The translations under genes were made by a program, and so were the position numbers. From NCBI RefSeq assembly GCF_900289195.1, contig NZ_OMOH01000011.1, positions 30,001-62,000 of the forward strand: 32,000 nt of DNA, read 5' to 3'. The stretch comes from Propionibacterium ruminifibrarum. Its GTDB lineage: Bacteria > Actinomycetota > Actinomycetes > Propionibacteriales > Propionibacteriaceae. Under the pieces are notes generated by a model, which saw only the letters and a list, made by a program, of their open reading frames with translations, did no database searches and had not been told where the DNA came from. Shown piece after piece: positions 15,657 through 24,235 of this stretch. How positions within the stretch are numbered: position 1 is the first letter of the stretch; the number at the start of each line of letters is the position of its first letter.

Positions 15657-16685
15657 TCAGATCTTGCGGATCCGCACCGTCGAGATCCGGTGGTCCGGCC
15701 CCTTGCGCAGGATCACCGTGGCGCGCGGACGGGTCGGGGCGATGTTCTCCCGCAGGTTCGGCCGGTTCGTCCTCGCCCACACCCGGTGGGCCAGGTCGCG
15801 GAACTCCTCGTCACTCAGGTGGGAGTAGGCCCGGAAGAAACTGCTCTCCTCAAAGACGGCCTCACGCCGGTAGGCGATCTGACGTTCGACGTACCAGCGT
15901 TCGATGTCCGACTCGTCGGCGTCCACGTACACCGAGAAGTCGATGAAGTCGCTGACCGCCACCGAGCTGCGGTCCCCGTGCCCGGCCCGGGCCGGCTGCA
16001 GCACGTTGAGGCCCTCCAGGATGAGGATGTCGGGGCTGTGGATCTGCTCGCGTTCGCCGGGGACGATGTCGTACAGCGTGTGGGAGTAGACCGGCGTCGA
16101 CACGTCGGGGCGGCCCGACTTGACGTCCATGACGAACCTCAGCAGCGCCCGCAGGTCGTAGCTCTCGGGGAAACCCTTGCGCGGGATGAGGCCGCGGGCC
16201 TCGAGCTCGGCGTTCGGCATGAGGAAGCCGTCGGTCGGCACCAGCACGACGTGGGGGTGGTTCTCGCCGCGGGCCAGCAGTTCACGCAGCAGACGGGCCG
16301 TCGTCGACTTGCCGACGGCCACCGAACCGGCGACACCGACGATGAGGGGGGTGCGGGGCGTCGCGGCCGAGCTCAGGCCGAGGAAACGGTTCTGGGCGCC
16401 CCACAGCCGCCCGCGGTTGGTCCTGTGCAGCTCGATGAGCTGGCTCAGGGGCAAGTAGACCTGCTCGACATCGGACTCGTCGGTCGGGTCGTCCAGCCCT
16501 CGCAGGTGCTCGATCGTCGCGCGGTCGAGGGTGAGCAGGGAGTCCCCGGCCAGCTGTGACCACTGGGTGCGAGGAATCTCGAGCCAGGGGCCGCCGTCGC
16601 GTCGGCCGCTGTCGCGGGTCTCGTCGAGGGGCTGTTCGTCGCCCGGGTCGCGTCCCCCCGGGCCGGGTTCTCGTGGGTCCTGCAC
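15657..16685 (-). CDS. coaA: Type I pantothenate kinase
   Basis: IVGVAGSVAVGKSTTARLL (P-loop), TDGFLMPNAELE, RKGFPESYD, PDILILEGLNVLQ, NRPNLRENIAPTRPRATVILRKG. It is collinear with M. tuberculosis CoaA as I recall it. The start was set at the in-frame GTG at 16685; the upstream ORF part to 16919 is not protein-like and would run into glmS. Confidence 0.85.
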   Translation of the reverse strand: MQDPREPGPGGRDPGDEQPLDETRDSGRRDGGPWLEIPRTQWSQLAGDSLLTLDRATIEHLRGLDDPTDESDVEQVYLPLSQLIELHRTNRGRLWGAQNRFLGLSSAATPRTPLIVGVAGSVAVGKSTTARLLRELLARGENHPHVVLVPTDGFLMPNAELEARGLIPRKGFPESYDLRALLRFVMDVKSGRPDVSTPVYSHTLYDIVPGEREQIHSPDILILEGLNVLQPARAGHGDRSSVAVSDFIDFSVYVDADESDIERWYVERQIAYRREAVFEESSFFRAYSHLSDEEFRDLAHRVWARTNRPNLRENIAPTRPRATVILRKGPDHRISTVRIRKI

Positions 16686-16892
16686 CCGTGAAAGCCCACC
16701 ACGTCGCGCCGCCGATGTCCACTCGGCGCGACGCGGCGGCAGGTGAGAAGGTCCGCGCGGGCCGCCCGGGAGGCCCCGGGGCCTCGCGCCCACGAGCACC
16801 GCCGAGGGCCGGGAACCCTCGGCGCGCACCGCCCGGCGCCGGCGCGGGGTGCTGCCGCGGCCCGCCTGTCCCGGTAGGGGGCCGGGTGCCCA

Positions 16893-16898
16893 TAGAGT
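16893..16898 (+). promoter_or_regulatory. Candidate -10 box (TAGAGT) 7 nt upstream of the glmS ATG (leaderless)
   Basis: caTAGAGTaggggtcATG. This is the same hexamer seen in front of glmM. Confidence 0.4.
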
Positions 16899-16905
16899 AG
16901 GGGTC

Positions 16906-18750
16906 ATGTGCGGAATCATTGGTTACGTCGGCCCCCAGCAGGCCGTGAACGTCATCGTCGAGGGCCTGCGCCGTCTGGAGTACCGCGGGTACGACTCCGC
17001 CGGCGTGGCCGTCGGCACCGGCAGCAGCATCGAGTGGCGCAAGAAGGCCGGCAAGATCACCAATCTCGACGCCGAGCTGGCCGCCAGGCCACTGCCGGCC
17101 TCGACCATCGGAATCGGCCACACCCGCTGGGCCACCCACGGCGGCCCCACCGACACGAACGCGCACCCGCACCTGTCGCAGGACGGCCGGGTCGCGCTCG
17201 TCCACAACGGCATCATCGAGAACTTCGCCCAGCTGCGCGCCGAACTGAGCGCCGAGGGCGTCACCTTCCGCTCGGAGACCGACACCGAGGTCGCAGCAGC
17301 CCTGCTCGGCCGCGTCCTGGCCACCGCCGCCGACCTGCCGAGTGCCATGCGCCAGGTCTGTGCCCGGCTGGAGGGCGCCTTCACGCTCGTCGCCATCGAC
17401 GCCCAGGACCCGGACCGTGTCGTCGCGGCCCGCCGCAACTCGCCGCTCGTCGTCGGCGTCGGCGAGGGCGAGAATTTCCTCGCCTCCGACGTGGCCGCCT
17501 TCATCGAGCACACCCGTGACGCCATCGAACTCGGCCAGGACCAGGTGGTCGTCATCACCGCCGACTCCATCGAGGTCACCGACTTCGACGGCAGCCCGGT
17601 CGAGGTCACCCCCTACCACATCGACTGGGACACGACCGCCGCCGAGAAGGCCGGCTACGACTGGTTCATGCGCAAGGAGATCTTCGAGCAGCCGCAGGCC
17701 GTGGCCGACACCCTGCTCGGGCGCTACGCGGACCACGGCGAGCTCGTCCTCGACGAGATCCGCATCAGCCCCGAGATGCTGCGCCGGGTCAACAAGATCA
17801 TCATCATCGGCTGCGGCACCGCCTACTACGCGGGCATGGTCGCCAAGTACGCCATCGAACACTGGGTGCGCATCGGCTGCGAGGTCGAGCTGGCCAGCGA
17901 GTTCCGCTACCGCGACCCCATCGTCGACGCCGGCACCCTGTGCGTGGCCATCAGCCAGTCCGGCGAGACCGCCGACACGCTGCAGGCCATCCGGCACGCC
18001 CGCGAGCAGGGGGCGAAGGTCATCGCCATCTGCAACACGAACGGCTCGACGATCCCGCGCGAGTCCGACGCCGTGATCTACACCCACGCGGGGCCCGAGA
18101 TCGGCGTCGCCTCCACCAAGGGCTTCCTCACCCAGCTCATCGCCTGCTACCTGCTCGGCCTGTACCTGGCGCAGGTGCGCGGCATGAAGTACGGCGACGA
18201 GATCAGCGCCATCATGGACGAGCTGGCCGGCATGCCCCAGAAGGTGCAGCAGGTGCTGGACGGCGCCGACGCCGTCTACGAGCTGGCCCACCAGCTGATC
18301 GATCAGGGCGACTACGTTTTCCTCGGACGCCACGTCGGCTACCCGGCGGCCATGGAGGGCGCCCTCAAGCTCAAGGAGATCGCCTACCTGCACGCCGAGG
18401 GCTTCGCCGCCGGCGAGCTCAAGCACGGTCCCATCGCCATCATCAACCCCGACATGCCGGTCTTCGTCATCGTCCCGCCGGCCGGACGCGACCAGCTGCA
18501 CGACAAGGTCGTGAGCAACATCCAGGAGGTGCGCGCCCGCGGCGCCCGCACCATCGTGCTGGCCGAGGAGGACGACACCGAGGTCGACGCCTACGCCGAG
18601 AGGATCATCCGCCTGCCCAAGGTGAGCACCCTGCTGCAGCCGGTGCTGGCCGTCGTGCCGCTCCAGCTGTTCGCCTGCGAACTGGCCACGGCGCTCGGCA
18701 ACGACGTCGACCAGCCGCGCAACCTGGCCAAGTCGGTCACCGTCGAGTAG
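16906..18750 (+). CDS. glmS: Glutamine--fructose-6-phosphate aminotransferase (isomerizing)
   Basis: MCGIIGYVG (N-terminal Cys nucleophile), RRLEYRGYDSAG, HTRWATHG, SIS domains (AISQSGETADT), and the C-terminal ...NLAKSVTVE. Confidence 0.96.
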   Translation: MCGIIGYVGPQQAVNVIVEGLRRLEYRGYDSAGVAVGTGSSIEWRKKAGKITNLDAELAARPLPASTIGIGHTRWATHGGPTDTNAHPHLSQDGRVALVHNGIIENFAQLRAELSAEGVTFRSETDTEVAAALLGRVLATAADLPSAMRQVCARLEGAFTLVAIDAQDPDRVVAARRNSPLVVGVGEGENFLASDVAAFIEHTRDAIELGQDQVVVITADSIEVTDFDGSPVEVTPYHIDWDTTAAEKAGYDWFMRKEIFEQPQAVADTLLGRYADHGELVLDEIRISPEMLRRVNKIIIIGCGTAYYAGMVAKYAIEHWVRIGCEVELASEFRYRDPIVDAGTLCVAISQSGETADTLQAIRHAREQGAKVIAICNTNGSTIPRESDAVIYTHAGPEIGVASTKGFLTQLIACYLLGLYLAQVRGMKYGDEISAIMDELAGMPQKVQQVLDGADAVYELAHQLIDQGDYVFLGRHVGYPAAMEGALKLKEIAYLHAEGFAAGELKHGPIAIINPDMPVFVIVPPAGRDQLHDKVVSNIQEVRARGARTIVLAEEDDTEVDAYAERIIRLPKVSTLLQPVLAVVPLQLFACELATALGNDVDQPRNLAKSVTVE

Positions 18751-18762
18751 GAGGGGCGGGCC

Positions 18763-19131
18763 ATGATCATCGGCGTGGGCATCGACGTCTGCTCGGTCGA
18801 ACGCTTCAGCGCCATGCTGAAACGACACCCCGGTGTGCTCGAGCGCCTGCTCAACCCCGACGAGCGCCTCGCCCACGGGCTGCCGCGCTCACCGGAGTCG
18901 CTGGCCGCCCGCTTCGCGGCCAAGGAGGCGCTGGCGAAGGCACTCGGCGCGCCGGGAAACCTGTCGTGGCGCGACGCCGAGGTGGTCGTCGGCGAGGACC
19001 GCCGGCCCGTGCTCGAGGTCCGCGGCTCGGTGAAGGCCCGCGCCGACGAACTGGGCGCCACCGTCTTCCACCTGTCGCTGAGCCACGACGGGCCGGTGGC
19101 CACCGCCATCGTCATCGCCGAGGCGCGCTGA
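18763..19131 (+). CDS. acpS: Holo-[acyl-carrier-protein] synthase
   Basis: [15 protein letters not shown]..., [40 protein letters not shown] lies upstream. Confidence 0.9.
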   Translation: MIIGVGIDVCSVERFSAMLKRHPGVLERLLNPDERLAHGLPRSPESLAARFAAKEALAKALGAPGNLSWRDAEVVVGEDRRPVLEVRGSVKARADELGATVFHLSLSHDGPVATAIVIAEAR

Positions 19132-19132
19132 G

Positions 19133-20560
19133 ATGCGTCCCGTCGCCACCGCCGACCAGATCAGGGCCGCCGAGCAGTCCTGGTTCGACGCCCACCCGGG
19201 CCGGGACCTCATGGAGACGGCCGCCGCGCACGTCAGCGCCGCCGCCCTCGACATGCTCGCGGACGCGTCCGGGGCCCGTGTCCTCGTCGCCGTGGGGCCG
19301 GGCAACAACGGCGGGGACGGCCTGTACGCGGCCCGCGACCTCGCGGCCCGGGGCGTCGACGTCGCACTGTGGTTCACCTCGTCGCACCGGCACGAGTCGG
19401 GCGGCGCGGCCGCCGCGGGCGCCGGCGCCCGCGAGGTCGACGCCACCACGGCCATCGCGGAACTGGCCGAGACCGACCTGGTCATCGACGCCGTGCTCGG
19501 CATCGGCGGGCGGCCCGGCCTGCGCCCGCCGGTCGCCGAGTTCGCCCGCGCCTGCACCGACCTGGCCGTGCCGGTCCTGTCCGTCGACGTGCCCTCCGGC
19601 CTCGACGCCGACCGGGCCGGCGCCGAGCACCCGGAGTGCTTCACCGCCACCCGCACCGTCACCTTCGGCGCGCTCAAGTGCTGCCACGTCGCCCAGCCCG
19701 CGGCCGGGCGCTGCGGCCGGGTCGAGGTGGCCGACATCGGCATCACCGTCACCGGGCCCACCGTGTTCGCCGCCGAACGCTGCGACATCGCCGCCCGCTG
19801 GCCCGCCCCTGGGCCCGAGTCCGACAAGTACACCCGCGGTGTCCTCGGCCTCGACACCGGATCGGCGGGCTTCCCCGGCGCCGGCGTCCTCACCGCCACC
19901 GGCGCCCTGTACGCCGGCGCCGGGTTCATCCGCTGCTGCGCGCCGGACCCGGTGCCCGCCATGGTCACCGCGGCGCTGCCCTCGGTCACCGTCGGCCCGG
20001 GACGGGTGCAGGCCTGGGTGGTCGGCTCCGGCTGGGGCGATCCCGGACACAACGCGGGGCGCCTGGCGGCCCGACTCGGTGACGGGGTGCCGCTCGTCCT
20101 CGACGCCGACGCCCTGGCCGAGCTGCCCGCCGAACTCCCCGAGGGCTGCCTCGCCACCCCGCACGCCGGCGAGCTGGCCCGCCTGCTCGGCGTCGACCGC
20201 GCCGAGGTGGCCGCCGACCCGATCGGTTCGTGCCGCGCCGCCGCCGAGCGTTTCGCGGTGACGGTGCTGCTCAAGGGCGCCACCCAGTATGTCGCCGAGC
20301 CCGGCGGCCGCGTCACCGTCGCCCCGCCCGGCCCGGCATGGACGGCGCAGGCCGGTTCGGGCGACACGCTCGCCGGCATCTGCGGCACGCTGCTCGCCTC
20401 CGGCCTGAGCGCGCGCTGGGCGGGCGTGCTGGCCGCCGGCGTCCAGGCGCTCGCCGCAACGGAGAACCCGGGGCCGTACCCGCCCGACGAACTCGCCCGC
20501 GCCCTGCCCGCGGTCATCGCCCGGCTCACCGCCGAGGCCCGGTCCGCCGCCGGCCGCTGA
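19133..20560 (+). CDS. nnr: Bifunctional NAD(P)H-hydrate repair enzyme Nnr (epimerase / ADP-dependent dehydratase, YjeF N+C)
   Basis: YjeF_N domain: VAVGPGNNGGDGLYAARDL, IDAVLGIGG. Carbohydrate-kinase-like C-terminal domain: KYTRGVLGLDTGSAGFPGAGVL, GSGWG, LLKGATQ, GSGDTLAGICG. Confidence 0.9.
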   Translation: MRPVATADQIRAAEQSWFDAHPGRDLMETAAAHVSAAALDMLADASGARVLVAVGPGNNGGDGLYAARDLAARGVDVALWFTSSHRHESGGAAAAGAGAREVDATTAIAELAETDLVIDAVLGIGGRPGLRPPVAEFARACTDLAVPVLSVDVPSGLDADRAGAEHPECFTATRTVTFGALKCCHVAQPAAGRCGRVEVADIGITVTGPTVFAAERCDIAARWPAPGPESDKYTRGVLGLDTGSAGFPGAGVLTATGALYAGAGFIRCCAPDPVPAMVTAALPSVTVGPGRVQAWVVGSGWGDPGHNAGRLAARLGDGVPLVLDADALAELPAELPEGCLATPHAGELARLLGVDRAEVAADPIGSCRAAAERFAVTVLLKGATQYVAEPGGRVTVAPPGPAWTAQAGSGDTLAGICGTLLASGLSARWAGVLAAGVQALAATENPGPYPPDELARALPAVIARLTAEARSAAGR

Positions 20561-20681
20561 CCAGCCCGCAGGCTTGCCCGCGGCGGGTATCGTGGCGTGA
20601 CGGTGCGCGACACGCGCATGAGGGGCCCGACCGTATTCATCGAGACAGGGCTTCTGTGCCCTGCTCTTCCTGAAAGTCCCC

Positions 20682-22577
20682 ATGCCTCACTCACATGACG
20701 CCGGTCGCCCCCGACGCGACCGGAAAGCCGGCGCCGACCGATCCAAGCACGCCCGAGGGAACCGACCACGGGGCCGCGACGGCAGCCGTGAGCGCGCCCG
20801 CGGCTGGGGCCGCGACGAGTGGGACGCCGCCGTCGGCCGGCCCGCGCGCCGCCGCAGGAAGTGGGACCGCGACGCGGGGAGCGGTGGGCAGCGCGCCGTT
20901 GATGCCCCGCAGCGCGGGCGCACGGAGGGCCGGCGACGTCCCGGCGACGGTCGCGGTCGGGGCCCGGGTCGCCGTGGCGGGACCACACGATGGACCGACG
21001 AACGCAGCGGCGGCCGGCGTACGGACTTCCGGGAGAACGTCCGCGACCGGGACGGGCGGACGGACCACCGGGCAGGCGGATCCAGTGGATCCCGTGACCG
21101 CCGCCGCGGCAACGCGCCCCTGAGGGGTGACCGGCCGGCCGAGAGAACACGCTCCGGGTGGCAGCAGGCGCTCGACGCACGACCCGAGGACACCCGCCGG
21201 GCCGATGGCCCCGACGAACGCCGCACCGACGCCGGACGGGTAGGGCGGGACGAGCACCCGCACGGCCGGGTCGGCCGGGAGAAGGCGCCGCGCCGGACCA
21301 GTCGGGGCCCGCGCTTCACCGAACTCGGCGTGCCCGAGGCCCTCGTCGCCGTCCTCGACGCCCAGGGCATCACCACGGCCTTCCCCATCCAGGCCGCCGC
21401 CATCCCCGACGCCATGAGCGGCCGCGACCTGCTCGGCCGCGGCCAGACCGGCTCGGGCAAGACCCTCGCCTTCGGCCTGCCCGCCCTCACCCGCCTGGGG
21501 CACGGCGGCGCCGCACCGGGGCATCCCCGCGCCGTCGTGCTCGCCCCGACCCGCGAACTGGCCATGCAGGTGCACGACGTGCTGCGCCCGCTCGCCGAGG
21601 CCGCCGGCATGCGCACCGTGCTCGTCGCCGGCGGCATGAGCTACACCCCGCAGCTGCGGGCCCTGCGCGCCGGCGTCGACGTCGTCGTGGCCACACCCGG
21701 CCGCCTCGTCGATCTCATGGAGCAGCAGGCGGCCCGGCTCGACCAGGTGGAGACCATCGTGCTGGACGAGGCGGACGAGATGGCCGACCTGGGTTTCATG
21801 CCCGAGGTCACCCGCATCCTCGACGACGTGCAGTCCGGCGCCCAGCACCTGCTGTTCAGCGCCACGCTCGACGAACAGGTCGACGAGCTCGTGCGCCGCT
21901 ACCTCGACGACCCGGTCGTGCACGGCGTCGACGCCGCACGCGCCTCGGTCACGACGATGCGCCACCAGGTCTGGGCCGTCAGCGCCCGCGAGAAGAAGGA
22001 CGTCATCGCGCAGGCAGTCAACCGGCCGGGCCGCACCATCGTCTTCGTGCGCACCCAGCGAGACGCCGACGAGACCGCGGAGCGGCTGCGCGCGGCCGGC
22101 GTCACCGCGGGCGCCCTGCACGGCGGCCTGCCCCAGGGCATGCGCGCCCGCGTCCTGCACGCCTTCCGCACCGGCACGGTGCCGGTGCTCGTGGCCACCG
22201 ACGTGGCGGCCCGCGGCATCGACGTCGACGACGTCTCACTCGTCCTGCAGGCCGACCCGCCCCACGACGGCAAGGACTACCTGCACCGGGCCGGGCGCAC
22301 CGCCCGCGCCGGCACCGACGGCCTGGTCGCCTCCGTCGTGCTGCCCCGGCAGCGCCGCCGGATGGACCGGATCCTGCGCGAGGCCGGCGTGCAGGAACGC
22401 CCGCGCGGTGTGCGCCCCGGGGACCGGCTGACCGAGCTGACCGGCGGCACCAGGCCCGGCGGCGATCCGGTCACCGCCGAGCAGTACAAGGCCCTCATCG
22501 CCCCGCCGCGCCCGGCCCACCGGCAGGGCGGCCGCCGCAGGGGACGGCCGTACCGGCGCAGGCACCCCAGACGCTGA
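20682..22577 (+). CDS. DEAD-box ATP-dependent RNA helicase with an Arg/Gly/Asp-rich N-terminal extension of about 210 aa and a basic C-terminal tail
   Basis: Core motifs: Q (F..LGV...AFPIQ), I GQTGSGKT, Ia APTRELA, II VLDEADEM, III SAT, V TDVAARGID, VI HRAGRTARAG. The only canonical in-frame start upstream of the Q-motif Phe (21315) is the ATG at 20682. Confidence 0.8.
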   Translation: MPHSHDAGRPRRDRKAGADRSKHARGNRPRGRDGSRERARGWGRDEWDAAVGRPARRRRKWDRDAGSGGQRAVDAPQRGRTEGRRRPGDGRGRGPGRRGGTTRWTDERSGGRRTDFRENVRDRDGRTDHRAGGSSGSRDRRRGNAPLRGDRPAERTRSGWQQALDARPEDTRRADGPDERRTDAGRVGRDEHPHGRVGREKAPRRTSRGPRFTELGVPEALVAVLDAQGITTAFPIQAAAIPDAMSGRDLLGRGQTGSGKTLAFGLPALTRLGHGGAAPGHPRAVVLAPTRELAMQVHDVLRPLAEAAGMRTVLVAGGMSYTPQLRALRAGVDVVVATPGRLVDLMEQQAARLDQVETIVLDEADEMADLGFMPEVTRILDDVQSGAQHLLFSATLDEQVDELVRRYLDDPVVHGVDAARASVTTMRHQVWAVSAREKKDVIAQAVNRPGRTIVFVRTQRDADETAERLRAAGVTAGALHGGLPQGMRARVLHAFRTGTVPVLVATDVAARGIDVDDVSLVLQADPPHDGKDYLHRAGRTARAGTDGLVASVVLPRQRRRMDRILREAGVQERPRGVRPGDRLTELTGGTRPGGDPVTAEQYKALIAPPRPAHRQGGRRRGRPYRRRHPRR

Positions 22578-22641
22578 GCAGGCCTGGGGCGCAGCCCCCG
22601 CGCCCTTGCCCGTCGCCTGATCGAGGAGAGGAGAACTGGGC

Positions 22642-23127
22642 ATGAACCCGAGCTATTTCAGGATCAAACTGGCCAGGGACGAGGCGCTGGAGCGGCTGTG
22701 TGCCTGGAACAAGAGGCCGATCAGGGAGGAGATCGAGGTGGAGTACGCCAAGGCCGTCTCGGTCGCGGTCGACGAGAACGGACTGTGGAAGGGGGTCTGC
22801 CTGTACGTCTACGAGAACGCGGGCTGGACCGTTTTCGAGGAGCTGTCCGGTTACCACTCCTTTGTCGACGCCGAGGACTGGAAGGCCTTCGCCGGGGACG
22901 ACTCACTGGTGGTCGCCGGGTATGACGAAGCCCTGCTGAGTGCCGAGTTCGTGGTCATCGAGAACGGAACCTTGGTGAAGAATTTCACCGAAATCGAGGA
23001 CACCCCGGAGAAGAACGTGAATCAGGGCACCGGTTTCGACGAGATCAGCAGCTGGGTGGACGTGGCGTCCTTCGTCGATGATGACGACCTGGCCTATTCC
23101 GGTGACGGTGCGGTCGTCATACTCTGA
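22642..23127 (+). CDS. Hypothetical small acidic cytoplasmic protein (161 aa), compositionally atypical
   Basis: Strong SD (GGAGAGGAGAA) 8 nt upstream of the ATG. A clean 161-codon ORF. GC is about 61% by my hand count against about 70% or more in the flanks. No signal peptide or TM. No family recognised with certainty. Confidence 0.7.
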   Translation: MNPSYFRIKLARDEALERLCAWNKRPIREEIEVEYAKAVSVAVDENGLWKGVCLYVYENAGWTVFEELSGYHSFVDAEDWKAFAGDDSLVVAGYDEALLSAEFVVIENGTLVKNFTEIEDTPEKNVNQGTGFDEISSWVDVASFVDDDDLAYSGDGAVVIL

Positions 23128-23255
23128 ATGCCGGGGAAACTCCTCTCAGGTGCGCGGGCCCGGTCGATTCAGCGGCGAACCGGGCACCGCCCTCTGACGG
23201 CACGGGGCGCATCTGCGGACATCGGGCGGTACCGGGTCACCTCTCCTGGGCCCAC

Positions 23256-23261
23256 TAGACT
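23256..23261 (+). promoter_or_regulatory. Candidate -10 box (TAGACT) 8 nt upstream of the GTG start of the GNAT-tsaE gene
   Basis: ccacTAGACTggacggacGTG. Confidence 0.3.
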
Positions 23262-23269
23262 GGACGGAC

Positions 23270-24235
23270 GTGACCGATGACGACGTGCAGTTGAGACTGG
23301 CGGGCCCGCAGGACGCGCCCGCCATGCTCGGCATCATTCACGAGGCGTTCGGGGCCAGGCGTGAACTCGCCACGCCCCCCGAGGCGCTGAGCGACACCGT
23401 CGATGACGTGCGCGCCCGCATCGCCGACTGCGGCGGCGTCGTCGCCACCGTCGCGGGCCGCGACGCGGCCTGCCTGCTCATGAGCACCCCCGACCCGGAC
23501 ACCCTCATGGTGCATAGGGTCAGCGTCCGGCCCGGCTTCCAGCACGCCGGGCTCGCCGCCCTCATCGTCCGCGCGGCGGGCGAGTGGGCCGCCGAGCAGG
23601 GGCTGCGCCGGCTCCAGCTCATGGCCCGCGCCGACCTGCCCGAGGTCATCGGCTGGTGGCGCTCCCACGGGTTCAGCGCCGACCACGAGGTGCCCGGGGG
23701 CCTCATCCTGGGCATCGACCTGCCCACGGCCCTCACCGTGCCCACGGCCGAGCAGATGCGCCGCCTCGGCGTGCTGCTCGCACGGCGGCTACGGCCCGGT
23801 GACCTACTCGTCGCCAACGGCGAGCTCGGTGCCGGAAAGACCACACTCGCCCAGGGGATCGGCGCCGGCCTCGACGTCGAAGGGCCGGTCATCTCACCCA
23901 CCTTCGTCCTGTCGCGCGTGCACCGCGCCCGTGGCACCGGCCCCGGCCTCGTGCACGTCGACGCCTACCGGATGGGCTCGGCCGCCGAACTCGAGGACAT
24001 CGACCTCGACGCCACCATGGACGACTCGGTCACCCTCGTCGAGTGGGGCGCCGGGATGGCCGAGCAGCTGGCCCCCGACCGGCTCGACATCGACATCGCC
24101 CGCAGCGACGACCCGTCCGACGACACCCGCACCGTCTACCTCACCGGCCACGGCGACCGCTGGGCCGGCGAGAACCTGCACGGCCTGCGCGACGAGCTCG
24201 CCGCAGCGGCCACCGAGGCCCAGGAGACCCGATGA
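23270..24235 (+). CDS. tsaE: Fusion protein: N-terminal GNAT acetyltransferase domain + tRNA t6A complex ATPase TsaE
   Basis: Residues about 1-150 have the GNAT fold pattern (VHRVSVRPGFQHAGLAALIVRAAGEWAAEQG, WWRSHGF). Residues about 155-321 are TsaE/YjeE (GELGAGKTTLAQGI, SPTFVL, HVDAYR, VEWG). It is a single frame with no stop and very high GC3 throughout. The stop overlaps the tsaB ATG (ATGA). Confidence 0.85.
   Translation: MTDDDVQLRLAGPQDAPAMLGIIHEAFGARRELATPPEALSDTVDDVRARIADCGGVVATVAGRDAACLLMSTPDPDTLMVHRVSVRPGFQHAGLAALIVRAAGEWAAEQGLRRLQLMARADLPEVIGWWRSHGFSADHEVPGGLILGIDLPTALTVPTAEQMRRLGVLLARRLRPGDLLVANGELGAGKTTLAQGIGAGLDVEGPVISPTFVLSRVHRARGTGPGLVHVDAYRMGSAAELEDIDLDATMDDSVTLVEWGAGMAEQLAPDRLDIDIARSDDPSDDTRTVYLTGHGDRWAGENLHGLRDELAAAATEAQETR

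Noticed and set aside
16686-16905. A glmS ribozyme upstream of glmS.
   Set aside because: The -10-like hexamer sits 7 nt from the ATG, leaving no leader. No ribozyme core is recognisable. The element is characteristic of Firmicutes rather than Actinobacteria.
16282-18876. Very long antisense or alternative-frame ORFs, including 16282-18876(-) at 864 aa, 18889-21180(-) at 763 aa, 6464-8587(+) at 707 aa, 13533-15299(-) at 588 aa and 17940-20261(+) at 773 aa, plus many smaller ones.
   Set aside because: They overlap genes with unmistakable conserved motifs (glmS, nnr, EF-G-like, glmM). Their translations are monotonous Arg/Gly/Ala/Pro/Asp low-complexity sequence. Stop-free antisense frames are expected at this GC content.
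20695-21123. A +1-frame ORF (142 aa, Ala/Thr/Gly/Pro-rich) inside the helicase 5' region, considered as a possible separate upstream gene.
   Set aside because: It has no SD and is low-complexity. It would leave the helicase core without any canonical start upstream of its Q motif. It is kept only as a caveat, because GC-by-position does not cleanly separate the two frames.
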